64,000 nucleotides of DNA from a virus, in IMG/VR virus record IMGVR_UViG_3300046010_015054, positions 64,001-128,000 of that record. The stretch is one strand, 5' to 3'. Shown here piece after piece: positions 28,751-38,344 of the stretch (position 1 is its first letter; every line of letters begins with the position of its first letter). The notes below the pieces were generated by a model that worked only from the letters and a program-made list of their open reading frames with translations, did not search any database and was not told where the DNA came from. The translations under genes were made by a program, and so were the position numbers.

Positions 28751-28772
28751 GAGCTTGACCGAAGCCAAGCTC
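28751..28772 (-). terminator. Intrinsic terminator after the tail tube gene
   Basis: GAGCUUGGC-UUCG-GUCAAGCUC followed by UUUUUU. Confidence 0.85.
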
Positions 28773-28796
28773 TCTTTGTAAAGTATGTAAACTTTT

Positions 28797-29285
28797 TTAG
28801 AAGTTTAGTACACAATAATCCATACCTAACACTACAGTCAAGTTGGTAGCAACGTTATCAGTATCCCAGTTGTAGTCACCAAAAGTAGCTGATTTAATAA
28901 ATGCACCTTTGATTACCCATTCTGATACGATATCACCTACAGGGCCTAAGATATCAATTGTTACATCTTTCTTGTAGAAGTCAGAGTAACCATCTCTACC
29001 TGTTACTGATTCGTGGTGTAAACGAGTCCATTCCATTACAGCCTGAGCACCTGAAGGAGTGATTGGGTCAAATAATGTCATTGTGATATCGTTCCATCTT
29101 GTTTTGCCTTTGATTTTGCGATATACGTTGATATGATTAAGAACTGTCTCACTTTGATCGAATCCAACAGCCGAGATTGCTTTAATGATATATGATGGGA
29201 AACCATCTACATACATTATGAATCTGTTAGGAATTTTAGGTTCAAATGCTGTAAAAAATATTTCGTTCGGATCTAATACTGCCAT
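28797..29285 (-). CDS. gp19: Tail tube protein (T4 gp19-like)
   Basis: FEPK--NRF, G---W--ITMTLFDPI, YKKDV-I--LGP-G---EW--KGAF; follows the sheath gene. Confidence 0.88.
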   Translation of the reverse strand: MAVLDPNEIFFTAFEPKIPNRFIMYVDGFPSYIIKAISAVGFDQSETVLNHINVYRKIKGKTRWNDITMTLFDPITPSGAQAVMEWTRLHHESVTGRDGYSDFYKKDVTIDILGPVGDIVSEWVIKGAFIKSATFGDYNWDTDNVATNLTVVLGMDYCVLNF

Positions 29286-29330
29286 TTTATGTATTCTTTA
29301 TTTTATTATAAATATCAACTTTTTAAGCTT

Positions 29331-31148
29331 TTACCCTGGGAAAGTAGCTCCTGTTGGTAAGATGTTAAAGTCTAGGTAAATGAATTCAGCAGTCTTAGTT
29401 GGTTGTAGATAGATCTGACCAATTAATTGATTTCTATCGATTACGTCTGGAGTGTTATTGGAATCATCCATAATTACTCTAAACGCATATAAACCTTGAC
29501 GTTGTTGAACTGATTCTAGGTATGGGTTAACTTGGCTTAAGAATTGATTTCTTGTAGCAATTGTGTTTTGTTCGAACACTAAATTATTAGCTACTTGAGA
29601 AATGTAAGACTTAAGTGAAATTAATAATCTTCTAACATTTACACGATCAAGTGCAGATGCTTTTTTCTGTAGAGTTTTCTGACCATATACTACAACACCT
29701 ACGTTAGGGAATGTTGCAATTGGGTTTACATTACCGATGTAAAGATCATTACGTTGTGTTTGAGTTAGCTTTTGTTCAGCTCTTACAACTGTATCTAAAC
29801 CACCTCTGTTAATACCAGCGGGTGCAAACCAAGGATCTGATACACTATCGTTAAATGCATATACACCTGGGATTAATGTAGAAGCTGGGATCCAAACTAA
29901 CTGGCCAGTGCCTGGGTCTACTGTTTGTAACCAAGGCCAATAAGTAGCAGCATATGAGCTATTGTAAGTTGTTGCTGCTGTGATAGTTTGATTGGTTGAA
30001 GAACCATAAGCTACCAAATCAATTACTGCTACTGCATCTCCACGAGTTTGAACAGTGTTAATTAAAGCAGAAATTTGTGAAGTTGCATTATCTTTAGTTA
30101 AACCAGGAACTGTAATAACATTATAAACATATTCATCCTGATTCCCCATTAAGCCAATTGCAGTATCGTAGTCGTTATTATCTAAACCTTGAATATTGCC
30201 TGATGAGCTAATATTGTTATAGAATCTAGCAGCTCCTAAATTATCATAAAATAAATCACCATTTGCTCCACCAAATGCACCATTAGATGCTATTGGTAGA
30301 GAAGCACTCCAGCTTAAAGTTGTTGCGGGGTTAGTACCTACAGCGCCTGCATTATTAAAATAGAAAGGAGTTGGTGAATTTACTGCTGATATGTAAACAT
30401 ATCTTGAGTTGTTTGGATAATTACCTACAACTTCAATAAATGTGTCTGAACCAACTGTAGTAACTTTTTTATAAGTATCACCTATTACTTTCGAAATGTA
30501 ATTAGGTTGAGTTGGGTCTAATGAAAGGTTTGTCCAAGTTTCTAAAACACTAGGTTCAGTTGCTGTATCATTACCTTGTCTAATTAATAAACTAAATATA
30601 CCATTAGCAGGATCAACACTTGTAATTTGCCACCTAACATTATTTGCAGAGCCTGAAACTAAAGTACCATCACTGCCAGTTTGACCAAAGAAATTATTTG
30701 AACCTGATACATAATTATCCATTATATTACCTTCAGCAATAGTACTAAGAGTAAATGATGCTGTAAAGAAAGCAGCCTGACCGAAGTTAGGATCACTTGG
30801 AGCTATAATTGCACTATTTGAAATAAAGGTACCGGCAGAAGCAGTTGCTGAGGTCCATGCAGATGCAGAAGGTACTACTCTAGTTACTAATAAAGTATTT
30901 CCTCCGTTTTGGAAATAATTAAATGCAGCAATAGAAGTTAAGTAGCTATATTCTTGGCTACCACTCATAACAGTATTTCCGAACTTTGTAGTAAAGTCAG
31001 AAAATGAGGTAACTAAAGTAGGGATTTCTACGGGTCCTAAAACTGTAGGGCCAATAATTGCTGCGCCTACCTCTACAGGTTGTTGTGTTAGGAAAGACTG
31101 GTCGTTCTCTCTCGCTAAAACCCCAGGTGATAATAAAGTTTCTGCCAT
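29331..31148 (-). CDS. gp18: Contractile tail sheath protein (T4 gp18-like)
   Basis: SPGV--RE-D, YWPW, PWFAPAG--RG, NPI, GQKTLQ, RVNVRRLL, PTKTAEFI. Confidence 0.95.
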   Translation of the reverse strand: MAETLLSPGVLARENDQSFLTQQPVEVGAAIIGPTVLGPVEIPTLVTSFSDFTTKFGNTVMSGSQEYSYLTSIAAFNYFQNGGNTLLVTRVVPSASAWTSATASAGTFISNSAIIAPSDPNFGQAAFFTASFTLSTIAEGNIMDNYVSGSNNFFGQTGSDGTLVSGSANNVRWQITSVDPANGIFSLLIRQGNDTATEPSVLETWTNLSLDPTQPNYISKVIGDTYKKVTTVGSDTFIEVVGNYPNNSRYVYISAVNSPTPFYFNNAGAVGTNPATTLSWSASLPIASNGAFGGANGDLFYDNLGAARFYNNISSSGNIQGLDNNDYDTAIGLMGNQDEYVYNVITVPGLTKDNATSQISALINTVQTRGDAVAVIDLVAYGSSTNQTITAATTYNSSYAATYWPWLQTVDPGTGQLVWIPASTLIPGVYAFNDSVSDPWFAPAGINRGGLDTVVRAEQKLTQTQRNDLYIGNVNPIATFPNVGVVVYGQKTLQKKASALDRVNVRRLLISLKSYISQVANNLVFEQNTIATRNQFLSQVNPYLESVQQRQGLYAFRVIMDDSNNTPDVIDRNQLIGQIYLQPTKTAEFIYLDFNILPTGATFPG

Positions 31149-31243
31149 TTTAAATGTTATATTATGGTTTTTATTATAAATATTGTACTTTTCTTCAAAA
31201 ATACCTTACAAAACCAATTAATATAACACTTTAGCAAAAGTTT

Positions 31244-31492
31244 TTAGGATGTAAAGCTGCCTTCTTCTAAATTAAATTTCCCATCAGTACCATATTTTTC
31301 AACAAGTACTTTTTCAAATTCTTTTAATTTATCTTCGTAAATAGATATATTTTGTTTTATATTTTCTTTACTTTTTTGTAATAAAACAATCTGATATTCT
31401 ATTGTTCCTAGAGAATTTATTAGTTCAACATATTCGTTTTCTAATTGTCTTAAATTTTCTAGTTCTTCTTTATTTAAAAACTTTTTTTCCAT
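31244..31492 (-). CDS. Small coiled-coil hypothetical protein
   Basis: 82-aa heptad-rich ORF ending KYG---FNLEEGSF; late motif upstream. Confidence 0.7.
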   Translation of the reverse strand: MEKKFLNKEELENLRQLENEYVELINSLGTIEYQIVLLQKSKENIKQNISIYEDKLKEFEKVLVEKYGTDGKFNLEEGSFTS

Positions 31493-31504
31493 TTCGTATA
31501 AATA

Positions 31505-33787
31505 TTATTTTTTTAGTAAAGGTTTAATTTTAGACATAACTAATTGTGGGGTAATTGATTTTTGACAAATATGTTGTTTATCAGTTCCTTTCCAAATAGG
31601 ACACCAATCCCAATCACCTGCATCAAACACAAAATTTGGATTAGTCCAACACGGAAAACAATTATCTGTTGTTATACGTGTAACACGAGAAGTAAATTCG
31701 TGGTTTTTTTCTGCAAAACCATTAATCATAGCTGTATGTTTCCCGATTGTCCAGTTCAACCAAGATAGACCTGAACCTAATCCAATAAATAAATCCGCAT
31801 GATAAAGATAATTAACTACTTTATCTATAGAATGCCCATAGTGATTAATGGTACCTGGAATTGTAAATTCTTTTTGTGTAAGAGAAATTATAGTATAACC
31901 TTGTTGGTTAAGTAATTTAACTAAAGCACACCAATATTCATACTTCCATTCTTTACAACCTGCTGTAGCATTAGGACCTATTACAATATATTTTTGTTTA
32001 TAAGGTCTTTCACCTTTAGGTACATTAATACCATAATTTAATTCTTTAAATTCTAACCCTAAAATATCTGTTGCAGTTGCTTGCATTGGGATAGTATTAC
32101 ATTGACGAGGGTGATAATTTGGGCTTTTCCAACCCCCATTTTCGTCTCTAAACCATCCTAATTTATAATGAGTAATACATTCAACAGCTGTTCCTGGGTT
32201 GGTGAATTCTATGTTTTTGTAAGCTTCTAATCCTTGGAACCAATCATTATGGAATGTAGAAAGTATAACTTTACAATTATGTTTTTTAGCAAATTCAACA
32301 ACATAAGGAACCCAACCAATGGTATCACCTATTGCTTTAGATTCTACCGTAATTAAAACTTTTTGATTAGTTAAATCTAATCTACTTGCTTCTTTACCAT
32401 CAATTTTTATTACCCAAGGTACATAGTACTCTGTACTACATTCAACCCACATATTATTGTTAATGGTTTGTGAATGGTGTACTTTACCGGTTGCAGAATC
32501 AATAAATTCTATAAAATAACTTTTGTTAATATTTCCTAAAATTTCTACTTTAGGTTTATTTAAATAACTAATATTTATTTTATTTTTATCTTCTACTTGA
32601 TTATATTCATCTAAAAATTCTTGTAAAGTATTCCGACCAATTTCAGCTACTTTATCCCAATTAAAATTTTGATGGATAATTTCAGACTCTTTATGTGCAC
32701 GTTTATAATGATCTTGATAATTTACGTAAGCATCTCTCATTACACGAGCTAAATCTTCAAAATCAGGTTCATAATAAGAACCTTCTACAAATTTTCCTTT
32801 ATAATTTGGATCCTTGGCAGGTAATTCTCCCCATACTTTTACAGGTAATCCTTTACCTTCAGCAAATTCCATTTGACCAGAGCATGCTGAGTAAATAGCT
32901 GGAGTACCACAAGCCATAGCCTCAATTAAAGGTAAATTCCATCCTTCACTACGAGCACAAGATAAAAATACATGACCTGTTTTTAAGTATTGAATGTAAT
33001 CTTCTCTAGAAGGAAAATGTACTACTTTGATGCGAGGATCTTCTAAACCATAATGCTTTAATCTATCTTCAGTAGTTTTTAAACCATCATCTGCAAATGG
33101 GTTATCAACCGAAAGTATTAAATCAACTTTCTCATCTGGTTTGAATTCTTTAAGAAAGGTTTCAATTATTTCTTTTGTAGATTTTCTATATTCCCAACGC
33201 CCAAACATTACAAATTTAAACCTATTATCCAAATATTCTTCTGGGAGTAATAGGTAGGGTTCAATTTTAAAGATATTAGTGTCTACACCCTCAGGTACAA
33301 CTTTTACTTTTTCAGCAGGCATACCTTGCTTAATAGTACATTCAGCTTGCCATTTTGAAGGTACCCAAATTTGATCAAATTCTTTTAATTTATTAAAAAA
33401 ATTTTCAGGTTGTAAAGTAGATTCCCAAACATTATATGCAATTTTAGGACCTACGTAATTATCATAAAAATAATGATGACCCGTAGCTTCTAAAATAATA
33501 TTAACATTATGTTTAAAATTATTTTCATAATTTTTATATATAGGAGAATCTTGCCTTTCGTAATCTACAAAAAGTGTTTGTTCAACTAATAATTTTTTAT
33601 CTAAATCATTTAAATAAGGTTCATTATTATGAGGTTCATCTTTATAACCTTCCCAAGTTTTACCTGCAGGAAAATTTCTAACTTTTACATCAAGATGTTT
33701 AGATAAATGTCTAAAAAAATCTCTTGTATGATTAGCGTAACCTGTAGGGCCTATATAAGGTCCGTGTGCATAAACTTTTGGTTTCAT
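31505..33787 (-). CDS. Fusion: GT4 glycosyltransferase + Aah/TibC-like (BAHT) protein O-glycosyltransferase
   Basis: N-half TGY, RSEGWNLPLIEAMACG (GT4). C-half AIGDTIGWVPY, YIVIGPNATAGCKEW, FIGLGSGLSWLNW, CFPCW...WCP...C, like the Fe-binding Cys set of autotransporter heptosyltransferases. Confidence 0.85.
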   Translation of the reverse strand: MKPKVYAHGPYIGPTGYANHTRDFFRHLSKHLDVKVRNFPAGKTWEGYKDEPHNNEPYLNDLDKKLLVEQTLFVDYERQDSPIYKNYENNFKHNVNIILEATGHHYFYDNYVGPKIAYNVWESTLQPENFFNKLKEFDQIWVPSKWQAECTIKQGMPAEKVKVVPEGVDTNIFKIEPYLLLPEEYLDNRFKFVMFGRWEYRKSTKEIIETFLKEFKPDEKVDLILSVDNPFADDGLKTTEDRLKHYGLEDPRIKVVHFPSREDYIQYLKTGHVFLSCARSEGWNLPLIEAMACGTPAIYSACSGQMEFAEGKGLPVKVWGELPAKDPNYKGKFVEGSYYEPDFEDLARVMRDAYVNYQDHYKRAHKESEIIHQNFNWDKVAEIGRNTLQEFLDEYNQVEDKNKINISYLNKPKVEILGNINKSYFIEFIDSATGKVHHSQTINNNMWVECSTEYYVPWVIKIDGKEASRLDLTNQKVLITVESKAIGDTIGWVPYVVEFAKKHNCKVILSTFHNDWFQGLEAYKNIEFTNPGTAVECITHYKLGWFRDENGGWKSPNYHPRQCNTIPMQATATDILGLEFKELNYGINVPKGERPYKQKYIVIGPNATAGCKEWKYEYWCALVKLLNQQGYTIISLTQKEFTIPGTINHYGHSIDKVVNYLYHADLFIGLGSGLSWLNWTIGKHTAMINGFAEKNHEFTSRVTRITTDNCFPCWTNPNFVFDAGDWDWCPIWKGTDKQHICQKSITPQLVMSKIKPLLKK

Positions 33788-33788
33788 A

Positions 33789-34538
33789 TTATCTCATTAT
33801 TGAACAACCCCCATCTAGTCCTCTATATCCATCAAAACCATGATAAATAGGACAAATTGGAACTCCGTGATTTCTTAAATGCTGTCTGAGTAAAGTTTCA
33901 TTAACAAACATATCATAATAGTACTGGTAATATTCAGGGTTTACAAAGATTGTTCGTAACATTTCAGGAAAGACATTATGGTAGGTTTTCATAACATCAT
34001 ATCCCCCAACAGCAAAAGTATCATTAAGTTGATCAGCCATACCCCATCTATCAGGATATTCAAAAAAATTAACTGCTTCAGGGTTTACTTTAGTAATGTC
34101 TTCTAAGAAGATACAATTTTCAGCTACTCTATGTGTCCAAAGTAAATCATATCTTGTTTTTATTACCAAATCATATTTAATACCGGAATTTTCTAACAAA
34201 TCCCAAGATCGTTTTAAAGATAACCACATTCCCATTTGGGAATTTAAGCGTTGGTTATTTTGTCCTTTTAAATCTGTAGCATCAAACTTTATTGCTTTTT
34301 CAAATAAATGTTTTTTAGGCTGATACCAATCTAATAGATTTTTGTAAGTATTTTGATCAACATTATAAACACGTTGCAATTTACCTTCATTAAAAAAATC
34401 ATACTTGTAAAAATGTTTATCAACCCAAGCATGCATATACACATCAATATCATATCGATCTAAAAACCAACGTTTTAGTTCTTTAAAACCATGTTTGTAT
34501 CTACGTGGCTGACCACTAATTGTTAAAGCTATTTTCAT
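33789..34538 (-). CDS. Putative glycosyltransferase-like protein (MKIA-ISG-PR family), paralog 1
   Basis: MKIALTISGQPR, DVYMHAW, YDLVIKTRYDL, NDTFAVG, ETLL; clearly paralogous to the next gene. Confidence 0.5.
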   Translation of the reverse strand: MKIALTISGQPRRYKHGFKELKRWFLDRYDIDVYMHAWVDKHFYKYDFFNEGKLQRVYNVDQNTYKNLLDWYQPKKHLFEKAIKFDATDLKGQNNQRLNSQMGMWLSLKRSWDLLENSGIKYDLVIKTRYDLLWTHRVAENCIFLEDITKVNPEAVNFFEYPDRWGMADQLNDTFAVGGYDVMKTYHNVFPEMLRTIFVNPEYYQYYYDMFVNETLLRQHLRNHGVPICPIYHGFDGYRGLDGGCSIMR

Positions 34539-35299
34539 CGAATAATATGGGCATGAAAATGTTTGGTTAAACTTTCAACATAATTTACCTCTACATTATT
34601 TTTTAGCATTACATGCCATTTTAAAAGACTTTCAGCAACAGTTTTATCCGCTGTACTTGTGACAGTTTTTAACCATTCACCATAATCTGGGTCTATAAAA
34701 ATGTAGTTAAGTATATAACAAAAATAATCAGAATAAATTTCAGCAATATGAGGTCCACTAACTATAAATTGATCATCAATTTCAGATGTTCGTTGAGGGA
34801 ATCCATTAATATCTGGGTATTTAAAGCAATTATATTTGTTAGGATCTAATTGAGTAATGTCTTTTAGAAAGATACATTTAGGAGATACATACTTAGTAAA
34901 TTGAAGATCAAATCTATATCTAATAATATAATCATATTCAATACCGGATTCACGTACTAAATTATAACAAGCATGAATTGAATAAGCAGCACTTAAAATA
35001 TTATGTAATTTATAATTTAAATGAGATCCGCGAATATCGGTTTCATCAAACGGTATAGGTGTTTGAAATTCGTATGCTTTAGGTTTATATAATTTTAAAA
35101 TTTTATCATAATCACTTTGTGTAAAAGTGTATGTTTTTTTTTCTAAAAAATCATGTCCAGTTTCAAAGACTGATGTAGTATCATACCAAGTATGGATGTA
35201 AACATCACAATCATACTTGTTTAAGAACCATTTTTTTAGTTCTTTAAAACCTAAATCATAATTGCGGGGTAAACCGCTTATACAAATTGCTACTTTCAT
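34535..35299 (-). CDS. Putative glycosyltransferase-like protein (MKIA-ISG-PR family), paralog 2
   Basis: MKVAICISGLPR, DVYIHTW, YDYIIRYRFDL, DDQFIVSG, ESLL. Confidence 0.5.
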   Translation of the reverse strand: MKVAICISGLPRNYDLGFKELKKWFLNKYDCDVYIHTWYDTTSVFETGHDFLEKKTYTFTQSDYDKILKLYKPKAYEFQTPIPFDETDIRGSHLNYKLHNILSAAYSIHACYNLVRESGIEYDYIIRYRFDLQFTKYVSPKCIFLKDITQLDPNKYNCFKYPDINGFPQRTSEIDDQFIVSGPHIAEIYSDYFCYILNYIFIDPDYGEWLKTVTSTADKTVAESLLKWHVMLKNNVEVNYVESLTKHFHAHIIR

Positions 35300-35910
35300 T
35301 ATCTATAATGACCTCCTCCTAACCAAAGAACAAATGATTTACGAGTACCTTTAATTACAGGTGTAACTCTATGAAGCATAAATGATGGGAAAATAATAAC
35401 AGTACCCTTACCTTTAGGACCTGTTAAAGGCATTTGCCCACCATTCCAAATTTCTAAATTACCCCCTTCATATTCTTCAGGGCCAGAAAGTTGAACTGTA
35501 ACTGAGAGTTTTCTAAAAGGCATAAATCCTTGGCTACCTATATCCATATGCCAATCATAGTGACCTTTATTAGTACCATAGTATTCAGTATATTGAATTT
35601 GTTCTGGCATAAAGTTTAGATCAAAATGATACATTTCTTTATTAGCTTCATATGCCATTAAACCAATTTTATCGTAAATCCATTTTGTATTTTCTGAAAA
35701 TGGAATCCATTTAATACTGGAATTGCGAGCATCTAAATTTTCACCTTGATCTTGTCCACCTTGCTCAGTAACAGCTGTTTGGAATTGCATTTCGGCTACT
35801 TGAGATTCAATTTGAGATAACTCATCAGTAGTAAAACCTTCTTGAAACCAATAATAATTACATTGGTTTACGGGATTTTCTAAAGGGAATGTATAATTAA
35901 CATTCATCAT
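35299..35910 (-). CDS. 2OG-Fe(II) oxygenase (prolyl-hydroxylase / PKHD-like)
   Basis: YDWHMD (HxD), RKLSVTVQL, YEGG, IFPSFMLHRVTPV, GTRKS. Confidence 0.9.
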   Translation of the reverse strand: MMNVNYTFPLENPVNQCNYYWFQEGFTTDELSQIESQVAEMQFQTAVTEQGGQDQGENLDARNSSIKWIPFSENTKWIYDKIGLMAYEANKEMYHFDLNFMPEQIQYTEYYGTNKGHYDWHMDIGSQGFMPFRKLSVTVQLSGPEEYEGGNLEIWNGGQMPLTGPKGKGTVIIFPSFMLHRVTPVIKGTRKSFVLWLGGGHYR

Positions 35911-35921
35911 GATTTTTTAAA

Positions 35922-38273
35922 TTAAGGATTTGTAAAAGAAATTAAAATATATCGGGTTCCTTCGATTACAGGACGTCCCCCGTGTTTGTGAGTAATTTGA
36001 CCAGGATGAGCCATAGCATATCCTTTTCTTTGAGGTTGGATTGTTAATTTATAGCGAGGGATAAAAGTACCACCTCCTTTAAATTCATCATTTAACCTAA
36101 CATTTAATGTAATAGCTGAGCTATCGTGGTGAATATCTAAGCTACCTTGATTATTTGTATCATATTTAGCAATAAAGTTTTCACTTTTTGAAGTTTGCCA
36201 ATTATTACCTTCAAGTTCCCAAAACCAAATCCAAATAGGATAAACAAATTGTTCTAGAACTTTTTGATAGATTTTTTGCATCTTTAAACTTTCCATAGTT
36301 TGGTCTGTTGTAGGATAAAAAGTATGTCTATCAGTTTTCCATTCATTTTGTTCAGCTAAAGCTATTACTTCATCACAGAATTTTTCAGTAAATAATGGGA
36401 ATTCAATAATATTAGGACCAATTTCATCAGTCATAAGCTTATATTGTCCTTTTAAAATATAAGGATCAATATATTTTTTACACCACTCTTCCCAGTTACT
36501 ATCATCTAAAATTTCAATTATAGGTTTATTACCTTCAGTTACTCCTACACTTTTATCTTGTTCAAAATAATTAACTTTTGGAGCAGCTACTTTTAATTTA
36601 GGTAGATCAGCAAAATCTGCTAAAATATCTTGACGATGAGTCATACCAAAAGTAATTGATAAAAACTCATCTAAAGCAAATATTTTACTTTTATAACGAG
36701 GGATCCACTCTTCTACTAGCTTTTGAACACCTGAACGTGATAAAATGTAGGCGTGTGAGTTATATGAATAATCAGGCTCTACCCAATTTCTAAATCCTTC
36801 TATAGGTTTTTCTAAATCAGGTTTAAGAGCATTACGTCCTAAATAAATCATATCATATCCTTTATCTAAAAGAGATTTTATATTTTCCCAGTTTACTGGG
36901 AGTTGTTCTTTAAAATCTTCTTCTAGAATAAAAGTTATTTCTCTATCATATTCATAAGCATCAACCCAAGCATCAATATGAGCTAAGGCACATCCTACTT
37001 CTCCATCTGTTACTTCGCGATTCCACCAATGACAACTACTTTCGATTTTCCAATTTGGGTGTTTTTTAACACCAAATTTTACTAAATCTTTTTGTGTTAA
37101 AGTGCGATAATCAAAACCAGTTTTTACCCAGTAGTTATAAAAACCAGGCATAGATAATTTATCGCATTTATCTTTAATTTGCTGAGTTTCATTTAAAGCT
37201 ATAACGTAAAAATGATCTAAATTCATATTTAATTTTAATAATAAAGGTATCCAGTTTCTTATTGTTACATACCACCAGTCAAGTGAATATACGTAATTTT
37301 GTGCTAATTGCCAATTTATATTGTCATTTTCATTAAGAGCATTAAAACCATGTAATGTTTCTTTTAAACCACCCCATTCCCAAGTAATAGGTAATACTTG
37401 ATGGCCTAACATTTCTAAAGCTGTTAAGCAAAATGTTTCTTCATATGTTGAAGGATAGTACCAATATTGACTATCCGCCATTAATTTATATAATTCTTTT
37501 TCGGGTAATGTACCTAAAAATTCTACATCATCCAAACTATCTACCCATTCTTTATAATATTGATTATAATATTCTAAACCATATTCAGGAGTACAAATTT
37601 TTAAGCTAGAATCAGGGGCTTCTTGTTTAATTTGAGGCCAATCTTCTAATACTCTAGCTAAACCTCTTTCAGCATGAGATGAATAGATATATTGATTTTT
37701 ATTTTTTTGATATAATTGAGAAGTTGGTTTTGGGAAGATTAAACCTTTTATTGCTTGGGGTTCAGGAAAAGTTTTTATAATTTTGCTAGCATCAATACCA
37801 TAACCAATAATTTTAATTTTACTTTCGGTTTCTGGGTATTGTTGGAGCCAAATTTCTCTATGCCATTTAGTTAAGCATATAATATATTTAAGTTTAGGAT
37901 GGATTAATAATTCTCTATGATTAGGTATTTCTTCTCCATTCCACCAATTATAATAATCGGTATTACTAAGCCAAAATATAGAATTTTTATAATTAAAATC
38001 TTCAAATTCTTTTAAATAATGTATATAATTTATTCCAATAATAGTATCAACTGAAGATTCTTCTTGTTTAAATTGTTTAGTAGTTCTATATTTTACATTA
38101 TCAAAATCTCCAGGAATAACATTTCCAACTACCCAAATATAATATTCAGGGAGTTTGGCTAATTCTTGTGCTAAATAATAAGTGGTTTTTTCTGTACCTC
38201 CTAAACCGGTAGTTTCTATAGAAGAAGGACCCCAAGGAGTTTTGTGATAACCTGTGTATAAAACTATTTTCAT
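35922..38273 (-). CDS. Tri-domain fusion: GT4-like glycosyltransferase + GT25 (COLGALT-like) + PLOD-type lysyl-hydroxylase 2OG-Fe(II) domain
   Basis: GLGGTE...ERGL...YPSTYEETFCLTALE (GT-B); GEVGCALAH--AW...ILEED...YLGR...HAYILS--G (GT25); FPLFTEKFC...YPTTD...FIAKY---Q-SL--HHDSS--TLNV-LN--F-GGG...HPG--TH-H-G-P---GTRYI-ISF (PLOD C-terminus). Start set at MKIVLY, downstream of the terminator and late motif. Confidence 0.85.
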   Translation of the reverse strand: MKIVLYTGYHKTPWGPSSIETTGLGGTEKTTYYLAQELAKLPEYYIWVVGNVIPGDFDNVKYRTTKQFKQEESSVDTIIGINYIHYLKEFEDFNYKNSIFWLSNTDYYNWWNGEEIPNHRELLIHPKLKYIICLTKWHREIWLQQYPETESKIKIIGYGIDASKIIKTFPEPQAIKGLIFPKPTSQLYQKNKNQYIYSSHAERGLARVLEDWPQIKQEAPDSSLKICTPEYGLEYYNQYYKEWVDSLDDVEFLGTLPEKELYKLMADSQYWYYPSTYEETFCLTALEMLGHQVLPITWEWGGLKETLHGFNALNENDNINWQLAQNYVYSLDWWYVTIRNWIPLLLKLNMNLDHFYVIALNETQQIKDKCDKLSMPGFYNYWVKTGFDYRTLTQKDLVKFGVKKHPNWKIESSCHWWNREVTDGEVGCALAHIDAWVDAYEYDREITFILEEDFKEQLPVNWENIKSLLDKGYDMIYLGRNALKPDLEKPIEGFRNWVEPDYSYNSHAYILSRSGVQKLVEEWIPRYKSKIFALDEFLSITFGMTHRQDILADFADLPKLKVAAPKVNYFEQDKSVGVTEGNKPIIEILDDSNWEEWCKKYIDPYILKGQYKLMTDEIGPNIIEFPLFTEKFCDEVIALAEQNEWKTDRHTFYPTTDQTMESLKMQKIYQKVLEQFVYPIWIWFWELEGNNWQTSKSENFIAKYDTNNQGSLDIHHDSSAITLNVRLNDEFKGGGTFIPRYKLTIQPQRKGYAMAHPGQITHKHGGRPVIEGTRYILISFTNP

Positions 38274-38300
38274 AAACCTATATATAATATAAATATAAAA

Positions 38301-38321
38301 GGGGGACATTCAAAGTCCCCC
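38301..38321 (-). terminator. Intrinsic terminator after the collagen genes
   Basis: GGGGGAC-N7-GTCCCCC followed by TTTT on the minus strand. Confidence 0.8.
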
Positions 38322-38344
38322 TTATTAAAAATACTTATAAATTT

